64,000 nt of DNA, taken from the NCBI RefSeq assembly GCF_021869535.1, contig NW_026262582.1, positions 38,378,001 to 38,442,000 of the forward strand, in the 5' to 3' direction. Shown in pieces: positions 12,799 to 25,012 of the stretch. Position numbers and translations under genes: made by a program. Each line of letters begins with the position of its first letter. Position 1 is the stretch's first letter. The stretch is from Mytilus californianus. Taxonomy: Eukaryota. The notes beneath the pieces were generated by a model. That model had not been told where the DNA came from. It did not search any database and saw only the letters and a list, made by a program, of their open reading frames with translations.

Positions 12799-12928
12799 GA
12801 GTTTATGTTCCGTTATCACCTTTTCGGCATCCGTTTCTATAAGGAGATTGCACGAATTCATGTTCCGCTATTTATCTTTTCGGCATCCGTTTCTATAAGA
12901 AGATAGAACGAGTTTATGTGCTGCTATT
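12799..12928. repeat. 55/56-bp degenerate tandem repeat (2 copies plus a partial)
   Basis: cttttcggcatccgtttctataag occurs in both units (12799-12853, 12854-12909). Confidence 0.8.
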
Positions 12929-13249
12929 GCTCTAATAATCATACGTGTATTTCGGATGATATAGAATAATTTCTGTTGTCTTTATATTCTCTAGTTACAA
13001 TGTGTTACTTTGGTTTGATATAACTAGATTTTTTTTTTTTTGGTGTCTACTATTTCGGTCTTTATCGTTTGCTACTGTGCACGTTGTGAGCTAGCACGAG
13101 TTGTTGTTGTCTGTTATTACTGTCTTTATCATACGCTTCTGTTGTGAACTAGGATGATTTTTGTATGTGTATGTATCATCTATCGTTACTATTCGCTTCT
13201 TTAATGAGCTAGAACCAGTTTTTGGAGTCTGTAATTGTAACGTTATGAC

Positions 13250-13790
13250 TAAAAAAGAAAAAGACAAACATACAAACACTTGTACACAAAACACAACGTA
13301 CAAAACCAAAGACTAAACTCCGGAAGGGTAAGCAGATCCCCCTCCACATATGTGGCACACGTCGTGTTGCTCGTGTTAATACAAACCTGATAATAAGTCA
13401 AGGTAATAAGTAAAATTCGGTAAGTCGCATTCGGGGAAGAATTTACGAAGGGCTGCATTCCACTTCACCTCTTGAATCTCTTGGTTCAATAGCTTCGTTG
13501 AGAGCAGCAACCCCCTTTCCAGGAAATCATGATAGGAAATACAAGTCCTGGAATATCAACTCGAGATAAACATGATATAAATACCTCGTATTTAGGTGCT
13601 GCAGGAATATTGCCACATCGAAATGGAAAATACACAACTGGGAAGCTGCAATTATCTCTTTCGTGGTAATTTTTTTTACTGACCCTCATTGTCGATTTAT
13701 CAAGTCATGTTATAAGGCAGACTTAACTGTATCTGTTGTACCCTTTTTCTAAAGTTCGATGGGATATATGCAATCAACATAGTCACTAAA
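13250..13790 (-). mobile_element. Degenerate Penelope-like RT C-terminus plus 3' UTR fragment
   Basis: Minus-strand ERDNCSFPVVYFPFRCGNIPAAPKYEVFIS matches the RT-thumb motif in ORF 25623-26408. The UTR matches 18760-18960, 43700-43845 and 63040-63175. Confidence 0.75.
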
Positions 13791-14416
13791 TTTTGAATTT
13801 CGTGAGATGTAATATAATATGTTGGTCACCGAATGTCATTGACCAATGAGAAAAAAAGAATACTGTAATCTCAGTCATAAATTGCCCGACATGAAAAGTG
13901 TAACAATTTAAACTATAAAACTAATGACCTAAAGTATAGCAGAAAAATACGGAAAAACAAATATGAAAGACAAATATCAACGACAACTACTGAATTACAG
14001 GCTGTTGACTTATGAAAGATGAATAAAATAGTTTTACATGAAACAAGTAGCCAAGAGACACAAAAGGTAACATTCGGGTCGTGCTTATTCTGAGTGATTC
14101 ATTTATGGTAAGGAACTGCAATCTAAGGAAGAGAACTCAATCCTCGTAAAACAATTTTTGGTCGAGCACCAGTGATTAGTCTTCTGCATATGAAATGCGC
14201 ACTGGCGTACAAAATTATGAACCTATTACCTGCAATGAATCTTTGTAAAAGTGTATTAACTTATAAAATCTCATACTATATAGATTGAAAAAGAAAATTA
14301 CGGATTAGATGCTGAAACTTCAAGTTTTATATTATTATAGATTTTCTTGCATTTGCACAACTTTCAAGTCATTCACAGGTTTGTGAGGACTGATATAAAT
14401 TCGAAGTTGTTTTCAG

Positions 14417-16042
14417 TCCGAGAAAGCCTGTATTTTTGAGTATCCCGATATTATGTGCTGGTTGTCAGCGCGGTGATGAATACATATCAGTTGTATCTTG
14501 GTGCAGTGACTGCATTGAGCTTGTATGTAAGACGTGTTCCAGAGTTCACGAAAGGATGTCCCCACCTCACAACTCAGTTCTTCACTTCTCAAATTGTCCA
14601 AGAACTGCAAGAATCATCCAGATCACAAGATAGTACTGTACTGCTGTCAACATCACAAAGTAATCTGCGATTCATGTGTTCCGGTATCACACAAGAATTG
14701 CAAGTCTATCATTTCAATTGAAAAAACCGCAAGAGGCGTGAAAGATGGCACCGCTATTTCTGATCTAGAGAGAAGGATTATCAACCTATGTCAAGTTACA
14801 GAGAACATACTGAGTGAAGGGGGGACAACACTTGTAGATTTAGAAAAAAAATCGAAACAAAATCAAGAAAAGGGTTTCGTAAATCAAGCATAACATTATT
14901 GCTCATTTAAATAGGTTAGAAGCAGATATTCATAAGGACATGGATTCTAAGTATAAAACATGTACTGAGATGTTGTTCCGAAACAGTAACAGCATCCAAT
15001 CCAGCTTTGACTCGCTGTCTACATGGAAAAGTGATCTAAAATCACTGAAGCAACACACATCAGAAATCCGTTTATTCCAGGTGGTAAAATTTGTAGATGC
15101 AAAAACTTACAAGAAAGAATTGGAAATCAGAGAAATCCAAACAGCTACTGTTCCGATACTAAAATATCATCCGTCAGAATTTGAGTCGAACATTAAGAAA
15201 CTAGTCCCAGACTTAGGTAAAATAACGGTAGAAAATGTTCAAGTACCAATGCCTGTACTAGATATCGATCAACAAGGTCAATATAGAAGTTATCACAAGC
15301 ATATTCATTCCAGACCACGAAATTAGGTACTGGAGTAAGTATCTATAGAGGTTGCTTTATATCTGATGATAGGTTACTCCTCTGTCACAGCATGGACACA
15401 AAACTTTCTGTTTGTACACTTGATGGATCGAACTCCAACGTGATTGACTTGGATTATTCACCGTTAAAGATAAGCTTATATGACAAAACCCATGCTATAG
15501 TATCTGTTGGTGGTGAAGGTATCTAAATCATCGACCTGACAGCATTGACGCCTGGAAGGATAATTCAAGTTGATGAAATATGTTTTGGAATCACAAGTGT
15601 TAAGGATAAGATCTGGGTAAAAAATAAATCTTACATTCTCACAATTATAGATATCAATGGAAAAGTTCTAAAAGTAATTAAAACAACATTTGATCCTAAG
15701 GATATCTGTGCCAATCAAGACGGAGATGTGTATTGTACTGACTTAGATAGTAATAAAGTATATTTTGTTACAGTGAGCGGAAAAGAACGTGAGATATTCA
15801 ACAGTCCTGACCTTAAACATGCTACTGGTGTAACTGTAGATGACCGTGGTGATGTGTACGTAGCAGGATATAGATCTAACAACATACATAGAATATCAAA
15901 TGCTGGACAGAAACATGACATTGTCTTGATAGCAGACGACGGCTTCTATCAGCCGAGTGCTTTATCTTACAATAATGAAACAAAAGAACTGTTAGTCGTA
16001 AACGACGATTATAAATCTATCAAAATTTATAAAACCCAATGA
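14417..16042 (+). pseudogene. TRIM-like gene copy 2, pseudogene with a divergent 5' end
   Basis: Same B-box, coiled-coil and propeller content. 28-bp microhomology (acaa) deletion near 14572, +1 in the A-run near 14844, deletion near 15280, TAA 15524-15526. No ATG at the paralogous position; a tttcag acceptor ends at 14416. Confidence 0.85.
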
Positions 16043-16844
16043 ACACTGACTTAGGAACACTTCACATTTTAATGAAAAATTGATATATATATATAACCGG
16101 GTTATCAAATATTGCTTGAAACATTTTCAGATGTCGCTTCATACTTTTAAGTTGAACATTTCTGAAAATAATCTAATAATATTTTTATGAAAGTATCTAT
16201 TTTAAATCTGAATTCTAATGAATATGAGACCTTTTTACTGAAATATAACGAATTGCAAAATCTAGAAAAATAAAATGGTAGGCTTAATGTACTATATTAA
16301 GTAATGGTTCAAACTTGCACTGAGCAAGAGAAGGGCACTAAAGCGGATGGGTATGCATATTTTGGTCACAAGTTCTATTACAGTTCATGAAAGATCAACA
16401 TTGTGAGTCAGTTATAGAAAAAAATACCTGAATGTTTCCTTATGAATCTAGTTTAAAAATGATATCCCGAGAATTGATTTACCTGTAAAATGGCACCAGT
16501 TGTTAGAAATAGGGATAAAATGCTGACTTTTAAGAAAAATATATTTTAATTATTTCAAACTGCGGTTTGAACATAGGGTAAACGTTGGTGGTATTAACCC
16601 TATAACATGTATATTAATTGGTCAGACATTGTTACTTTATTATCGGAAGTATATTCCTAACATAAAAAAATACTTCAAAAGTGTTATAAGGAAGATCGAT
16701 TAAAATCGACACCACATCGTCACCATCACGAATCGTTTGCTTGATTCGATGCCTGTGTCTCAACTTACTAGCGACCGGAATCTTAGATCTTAGAACATTT
16801 TAGCAACAGTGTTTTCCTACAATGGGTACAGGGAAACAAAAATG

Positions 16845-17168
16845 TGTACTAGTTCAGTAAAAATGGACGTCATACTAAACTCCGAAATATATAAAAGAAA
16901 CTAATATTAAAAAATCTAAAAAGACTAATAAAGGCATGAGGCTCCTGACTTGGAACAGGCGCAAAAATGCAGCGGTGTTTAACATGTTTTTTTTTTTTAG
17001 ATTTCCACCCTCCCCCTATACCTCTTCTAATGAAAAAATAAACACACATCAATACGCACTGTTAAAAATATTTTAAAAAAAGTCCGATGTCAGAATAGGT
17101 AACAAAAGAAACTAAACAAATGACAATGCTACGTAAATTAACAAAGGACTACTAGCAGGTACTGAAAT
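16845..17168 (-). mobile_element. Penelope-like 3' UTR fragment
   Basis: Matches 25170-25490 and 54520-54850 (actagttcagt...gaggctcctgacttgg...ggactactagcag). Confidence 0.75.
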
Positions 17169-17936
17169 ACAATGCTAAATCAACCATTTGTATACAACTT
17201 GTTTCAAGTTCCGTTACATTGATTTAATTCAATATAATTAAATCAATTTAACGGAACTTGAAACAGCTTTTATTTGAATCAATTGGGTGAACAATTCAAA
17301 GAGACACAATTGGTAGAGAATTATTATTGCGAACACAATGAGAAGATTTGAAACTTTAACAATTTAGTTCAACCGACCACCTTTTTATGTACCTGTCCTA
17401 AGTCAAGAACCTCGCTGTAAGTCATATATCATCTTAATGTTTTTAGTTATTTTGAGAATAATGTTTTAACGACAGATGTGTGATTATTTGTATTTAATCG
17501 TTTGATCCTGTTATATTTAAAGCTTGGTATTGTAAAGGCATTTGCATAATGTTGAAGGTTGACTTACGCCCCTTCTTAATGTCCCCTTTTGTTTATGTTT
17601 TTTGGGTAGTTTGTTTGTTTTTTTTCGTTTTGTGTGTTAATGGACCATCTCGTGAACAAATACCCTGCAAGTACGTCTCCTTTTAGTAATCGCAGCAAGT
17701 ATCATATGTGTTACTTTGTTTATGTCATAAATATTGCTCAAACATATGCAGTAATAGACTATTAGGTCGTCCTACTATGATGGTCACTCTTGATAAAATG
17801 ATTATAAAACTATAACTTCATTTCAAACGAGATAAAGGAATTAAAATACTAAAAAAATTAAGACATGAACGAATAGTTTATCAAACAAAAATATATTTTT
17901 CGTTATGTATATTTTGCATTAAGACGTTTAAACAGT

Positions 17937-18100
17937 TTTACACTAGTAATTTTTGGGGCCCCATATAGCTTGCTCTTCGGTGTAAGCCAAGGCTCCGTGT
18001 TGAATACCGTACTTTGACCTATAATGGTTTACTTTTATAAATTGTGACTTGGATGGAGAGTTGTCTCGCTAGCACTCATACTACATCTTCTTATATCTAT
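17937..18100 (+). mobile_element. SINE-like / retroelement 3' tail fragment
   Basis: Reverse complement of 41515-41680. Ends ggagagttgtctc...acatcttcttatatct. Confidence 0.7.
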
Positions 18101-18375
18101 TTGAACGTAAATATAATTAAAAAAAACCCAGATTAATGCGATCTGTTAATTCATCGATATCATTAAGATTACTACATAGCATATCGCATATACAATATAT
18201 TGCAGGCACTTCCGTGCTTTTGTTTTTATGTTGGGTATGTTTTTTTTAGTTTTGAAACCAACAAATCGGAGTTTACCATGATACACAAAATGCAGGGAAA
18301 AGTATTACACATATGAGAGCAAAACATTGCCATGTGATGTATACACTGTATTCATGTATTTAGATAAGCAGTTAG

Positions 18376-18969
18376 AGATGATTTCAGCTGCCCCATTTGT
18401 GCACTTTCCATTTCTATGTAGCAAAATTCCAGCAGCGCCTGCATACGAAGTACATATCTCCCGAAGGATCCGATATTCCCGGGTTTGTATTAAATATCAT
18501 GATTTCCTTGATAGAGGGCTGCTGCTCACAAGGAATTAAAAAAAAAAAACAGCTCTAAATGGTGAAGTTGAAATCATCCCTTCGTAAATTTTACGGACGC
18601 CATCACGAGTTGGCCATGGTTGACCGTTATCGAATAACCGTTTCACAGATGATATTGGATATGTTCTTTCTGTCGCTACTGCAATCCTCTTTCATTTTCA
18701 CGAATGTGAACTACCGAATTTACCGGGTTTGTAATAACATTATTAACACGACGGGTGCCAAATGTGCAGCAGGATCTGCGTACCCTTCCGGAGCACCTGA
18801 GATCACCCCCGGTTTTTGGTGTGGTTCGTGTTGCTTAGTCTTTAGTTTTCAATGTTGTGTCTCTTGTACTATTATTTGTTTGTTTGTCTTTTTCTTTATT
18901 AGCCATGGCGTTGTCAGTTTATTTTCGATCTATGAGTTGACTGTCCCTCTGGTATCTTTCGCCCCTCTT
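18376..18969 (+). mobile_element. 5'-truncated Penelope-like RT fragment with TTAG target duplication
   Basis: FPFLCSKIPAAPAYEVHISRRIRYSR...VKLKSSLRKFYGRHHEL. TTAG at 18372-18375 and 18970-18973. The empty paralogous site gcagttag|tctgaagctgg is at 27623-27626. Confidence 0.85.
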
Positions 18970-20084
18970 TTAGTCTTGAGCTGGCATGTCAGTAACTGTT
19001 AGTAGTTCTTTGTTAATGTAATGATATGTGTGCCGCTTTCTCTAAAATGATCATCGTTGGTAATTTGTTTGACCATATGGTATATTTCTCATGACGGATG
19101 CATCAGAATCTCGTAAATTTTCTATTCCAATCAATTTTGATAATTCAATTAGGGAATTACGTTTTGTAATGTTTAACATGATTTAGTACTGCGGAGCAGG
19201 AAAACCGAAATTTGTAAAATGTATTATATATGTTATATGTACAGAGAAATATTTATTTATATTCGAATCCAACTGCTTACATAAGTAAACGAATTGGGAT
19301 CTAAAACGATAATTTTTGTGTGCACAACTAGATTTTAAAAGACTACTTAAGTATGTTCTACTCTTTCAATCTATTGGTAAATTCAGTACTGTTCAGACCA
19401 TCTGATTGCTGTCAATTAAGATCTGTTCAGTCTATGCCCATAAATTTTTTTAGTATCACACTGTTTTTAGTTGTAGACAACAACATTATTCTTAATTGCC
19501 TGAAAAGCATCTTATAAATACTGGATTGATTTCAAGCGAAGTGAACAAGACTGAACGAATTTATTGTTCGGACCTTTACATTATATCAGATAAAACTTGG
19601 TTCCCTGGCACAGAGGAACATGCACAGTAATCCAGGAATTTAATGTCCTTTTAATAAACTACTCATGGATTCGAAGATAAACGTAGATTGATTTGTTATT
19701 TACTTAGTTCTCTTTTCTTTTCACATGTTTTGGGTAGATGTGCATTGTACGCCCTCAACGCCGCTCTGAACACGCCTTGTCCGTGGGATCCTTGTGTATT
19801 AAGGATTTGTATAGTAATATGTACATCATTATACAAAGCCTTGGGTCACTTCAATTGTATCACAAGATATGTTGTGTCACCGGAAAAGCAAACATAACTA
19901 TATAAGCGACAATACATGTGTAGTTACCCACCTACTTGATCTACAATTTGGTTACCTACAGGGTCTAAAAATATCTTTAATTTCTTTATTTATCAACATA
20001 AACACGATAAATGTGATTTAAATTTTAGTGCCGATTCAGTCAAATCACCTTTGGAACATTTAGGCAGTTTTCCTTTAATCAAAT

Positions 20085-20181
20085 GAGAATTCCCACTAAA
20101 AACGGAAGTAATTTTAATGTGTCTAGGTTCATAACAAACAAAAGACACAGCTTTGTTTTAAAACAAACTGGATAGGTAAGT
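20085..20181 (+). promoter_or_regulatory. Candidate promoter and non-coding first exon of copy 3 (variant kB and ISRE sites, strong donor)
   Basis: GAGAATTCCC 20085-20094; AAAAACGGAAGT 20098-20109; TAG|GTAAGT donor at 20176, about 1 kb before the acceptor at 21171-21172. Confidence 0.45.
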
Positions 20182-21173
20182 TAATTCTAAAAATCATATT
20201 CAAAATAGAAAAGTAAAACTTCTAATGACAAGGATGACAATACAAAGTGTTTGTTTACGTCGGTAACCAAGATTATTTAAAATAATTACAAATCACAATT
20301 TCAAAAATAGAATCCGTTAAAGTATAATATGTGTTATGATTATTTGAAAATTACATTCTCAGGCATGTTGAGGTGTTTTTATATTTAATCAAGATACTTG
20401 TAGTATACGGACATTTTCAAGAAAGACGTTATTCGTTGCTGCATTATGATGATAAGAAATGAAGAAAAATAATGAACACGCTAACACTAAAGCTGTGTTC
20501 ATATACCAATTTTCCCTTTGAATTTGTTTATTTACTTAACTTCAAACGTGCCAGTGTTAATATCGGATAAATACGAATCGATGTTTTTAATAATTTTCTT
20601 GATATTTCTATGGACCAAAGGCGCTTGATGCATGGAACCCCCTTCTTTTTTTTATTCATATCCACGTTAATTATTTTCACTATTTGATGTTTTCTAACGA
20701 TATTAAAATGACAGTAGTTTGCACTTTTTTGTACTTTATCGTTCTCATTTCTATTTTCCAAAAGTTTTAAATACATTCTTATTCATTTTTTTATTCCGAC
20801 TGTTATATAGGATGTTTTATTTTCCCCTAAGATGTATTTTTCCTGTATCTTTTTTTTAAATTTCTTTATCTTGTGAAATATGTTTAGTTATCAGACATAC
20901 TATTATCTGTCGTAAGTAATGGTTAAGACTTTGATACTCTCTTGTTACATTTAGTTTTGACATAGTTATCAATGCACTTTTTTTTTTGAAGACAAAACTT
21001 TTAGATTACATTTCTGTTTTTTCTGGGGCTTTTCAGTCATTGTCGGATAAGGAGTTGAGACAGTACAGAGTGAACGCAATTGCTTTAAAAGAATGAAAAT
21101 GTTTTGATATAATTTCTTAGGAAAATATGCCATTTGATGAAATAAGGCATACGCTATGTATCTCTATTACAGA

Positions 21174-22827
21174 ATGGCAGACAGTAAATTCTGTGCTGGA
21201 TGTCAGCGTGGTGACGAAGACATAAAAGCCGTATCATGGTGCAGTGATTGCATTGAATATGTATGTAAGGCGTGTTCCAGAGTTCACACAAGGATGTCTC
21301 CGCCTCACAAGGTAGTACCAATGCAAGAGATGCAACAACTTAATTCTTCACTTCTTAAATTGTCCAAGAACTGTGACAATCATCCAGATCAAAATATTGT
21401 ACTGTACTGCTGTCAACATGACAAGCTAATCTGCGATTCATGTGTTCCGGTATCACATCAGAATTGCAAGTCTATCATTTCAATTGAAAAAGCTGCTAAA
21501 GGCGTGAAAGATGGCGCCGCTATTTCTGATCTAGAGAGGAGGATTTCCAACCTATGTCAAGTTACAGAGAACGTACGGAGTCAAAGGGAGACAACACTTG
21601 TAGATTTAGAAACAAATCGAAACAAAATCAAGAAAATGGTTTCGGAAATCAAGCATAACATTATTGCTCATTTAGATAGATTAGAAGCAGAGATAAATAA
21701 TGACATTGATTCTAAGTATAAAACCTGTTCTGCGGTGGTGTCCCAAAACAAAAAAAAGCATCCAATCCAGCTCAGACGCCCTGTCTACATGGAAAAGTGA
21801 TCTAAAATCACTGAAGCAACACACATCAGAAATTCATTTTTTTCAGGTGATGACATTTCTAGATGCAAAAACTTGCCTTAAAGAATTGGAAATCAGAGAA
21901 ATCCAAACAGCTACTGTTCCGATACTTAAATACTATCCGTCAGAATCTGCGCCAAACATTGAGAAACTAGTCCATGACTTAGGTACAATAACGGTAGAAA
22001 ATGTTCAAGTTCAAATGCCTGTACTAGCTATCGATCAACAAGGTCAATTTCTCGTTAGGGACGAAAGAAAGTTATCACTAGCACATTCATTCAGGACCAC
22101 GAAATTAGGTAATGGAGTCAGTATCTATAGAGGTTGCTTTATTTCTGGTGAAAGGTTACTCCTCGGTCACATCATGAAGAAACAACTTTTTGTTTGCGCG
22201 CTTGATGGATCGAACTCCAACGTGATTGATTTGGATTATAAACCACTTAATATAAGCTTATATGACAAAAACCATGCTGTAGTATCTGTTGGTGATGCTG
22301 GTATCCAGATCATCGACCTGACATCATTAAAGCTTGGTAGGAGAATTAAGGTTGAAGGATTCTGTGGAGGAATCACCAGTGTAAAGGATAAGATCTGGGT
22401 CAAAAATAAACCTGACACTCTCACCATTGTGGATGTTGACGGTAACGTTCTTAAAGTAATACAAACAACATTCGATCCTAGTGAAATCTGTTCCAATCAA
22501 GATGGTGATGTATATTGTACTGATAACAAAAATAGAAATAAAGTATACGCTGTTACATTTGACGGAAAAGAACGTGAAATATACAACAGTCCTGACCTGA
22601 AAAGTACTGCTGGTGTTGCTGTGGATGACCGTGGGGATGTGTATGTAGCAGGATTGTTATCAAACAACATACATAGAATATCTAATGATGGACAGAAACA
22701 TGGCATTGTCTTGACAGCAGACAATGGCATCAATGAACCGACCGGTATATCTATCAACAATGAAACAAAAAAACTGTCAGTCTTAAAAGACCTTTATAAA
22801 TCTATCAATATTTATAAAACTCAATGA
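21174..22827 (+). CDS. TRIM-like gene copy 3: 550 aa if one extra A at 21750-21757 is bypassed, otherwise a 208-aa B-box/coiled-coil protein
   Basis: ORFs 21156-21800 and 21700-22827 overlap at an A8 run. No other stops or frameshifts. Acceptor tattacag lies immediately before ATG 21174. All B-box Cys/His residues are present. Confidence 0.8.
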
Positions 22828-23759
22828 ACATTGGTTTAGGAACACTGTTGATTAGCGTATAAGTTTAAATATGACGAATAAAAAAATGTAGAAAAATATA
22901 TTGATATGCTAAATGTGCTAGTTGTAAGTAATTTTTCAAACTTGCACACAGAGCAAGAGAAGAGCCCTATAGCGCATGGGTTAACATATTTCGGTAACGC
23001 ATTCTATATCAGTTCATGAAAGATCGAAATTGTGAGTTAGTAATTTGGGACTTTATAATAAGACCAACATTTAAGAAAATATCTGAATGTTCCTTAGGGA
23101 ATCTAGTAGTTGCTTGATTCGATATGCCTGTGTCGGATCTTACTAGCGAAATGTTTCTGGAGTCTCAGATCTTAGAAAATTTTAGTAACTGTGTTTTTCT
23201 GCATTGGAATTATGTATTGTTTGTTCATGATTTTGCACAAGATTTTTACTTTATTTATTGTTTATGAAGTTGCTTAAAAAAATTACAGAAGAAATGCAAA
23301 ACAAAAAATAAATTTGTGATTTCTTACAGACATTTTTAAGAAAATGGTGGTTTAAACCTGGTTTTATGATTGCTAAATCTCTCATTTGTAAAAAAATAAG
23401 TTGTTTATAGTTCCGTTACATTGATTCAATTGGGTGAATATTTCAAAGAGACATAATTGGTTGAGTTCACTTCTTGTGCATAAACGGATAAGGGTTGTAA
23501 CTTAATCAATTTAGTTAAACCCGGCCACCTTTTAATGTACCTGTCCAAAGTCAAGAACCTCATTGTTCGTCAAGCATGCATAACTACATTAATCACAACA
23601 CATTTGTAACGACCCATCTACTATGGTACAAACATATTGGTTAGCTACAGGGTCTAAAAATATCTTTTTATCAACATCAACACTAATGCAATTTAAATTT
23701 TAGCGCTGATTCAGTCGAATCACTTTTGAAATATTTAGATAGTTTCCCTTTATTCAAAT

Positions 23760-23784
23760 GGGAATTCCCACTGAAAATGAAACT
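23760..23784 (+). promoter_or_regulatory. NF-kB site plus ISRE-like site in a gene-less remnant unit
   Basis: GGGAATTCCC 23760-23769 followed after 3 bp by GAAAATGAAACT 23773-23784. Confidence 0.5.
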
Positions 23785-24729
23785 AATTTAATTTACCTCG
23801 GTTGATAAAAAAAAAATGTCAGAATAGGCGAAAAAAGAAACTAAACAAATGACAATGATACGTAAATTAACAAAGGACTACTAGCAGGTACTGACATACA
23901 ATGCTAAATCTATCATTTGTATACATTTATTCAATTCAATATAATTGAATCAATGTAACGAAACTATAAACAACTTTTATTTAAATCAACATGATCAATT
24001 GGGTGAACAATTCAAAGTGACACAATTGGTAGAGTTCACTGATTGCGTACACAATGAGATAGGTTGAGACTTTGAAAATTTAGTTCAACCCTTCCACCTT
24101 TTTATGTACCTGTCCTAATTCAAGAACCTCGTTGTTAATCGTATATAACATCTTTAGGTTAATGTTTTTCGTTATTTTGAGAATCATGTTTTAATGGCAG
24201 ATGCGTGAGTTTTTCTGTTAAATCTTTTGATCTTGTTAGATTTAAAGCTTGACATTATATAGGCATTTGTATAATGTTGAAGGTTGAATTTGTTTTGAAT
24301 GTCTTCTTTTGGTTTTTGTTTTGTGTTAAAGACCAGTCTCGCAAAAAACATATCCTACCTGTACATCTCCTTTTAGTAATCGCAGAAAATATCATATGTG
24401 TTACTATGTTTATGTAATAAAAATTGCTCAAACAAATACAGTTATAAACTATTGGGTCTTCCTACTTTGATGGTGACTCTTGATAAAATGATAATAAATA
24501 TATACCTTCATTTCAATAAAGATAAAGGCACTAAAATATCAAAAAAAAATAATATCATAATCAAATCTTCACACGAACGAAGACATGCGAAGAGTTCATC
24601 AAACAAAACAATATTGTTCGTTATGTATGTGTTGCATTTTGAACGTACAAATAAAAAAAAAACAGATTAATTTCATCGGTTAATTTATCGATATCATCAA
24701 GATTACTACATTTCATATCGCATATACAT

Positions 24730-24876
24730 ATAGAATAATACATGTCAAAATCCGTATCGCATGCTGTATCACCATGGAAAACCAATATTAGTCCAGAGGG
24801 CCGAAGGTCCCGAGGGCTGATATTGGTCGAGTGGTGATACAGCATGCGATACGGATTTTGTCATGTATTGTTCTGT
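24730..24876. mobile_element. Small foldback (fully palindromic) MITE-like element
   Basis: 24737-24774 versus 24832-24869 match at 37/38 as inverted arms. Inner arms accaatattagtcc / gggctgatattggt; central gggcc-gaa-ggtccc hairpin. Confidence 0.8.
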
Positions 24877-25012
24877 TTATCATATGTTTTAATAATTAAA
24901 ATCAGATTCATGATATGTAAGCGGACAATCATTCGATGCTTACATGTCTTAGGCAGGGGCATGACAAATTTTAGAAATAAACATGATAAATATCCTTGCG
25001 TCCATTTTGTTG

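Noticed and set aside
18559-19002. 147-aa ORF as a host gene
   Set aside because: It is the RT C-terminus read through into the retroelement UTR and flank.
3238-22760. Recurring antisense ORFs (3238-3456, 15715-15921, 22236-22760)
   Set aside because: Shadows of the homologous sense-strand propeller coding sequence. Their starts and stops are not conserved between copies.
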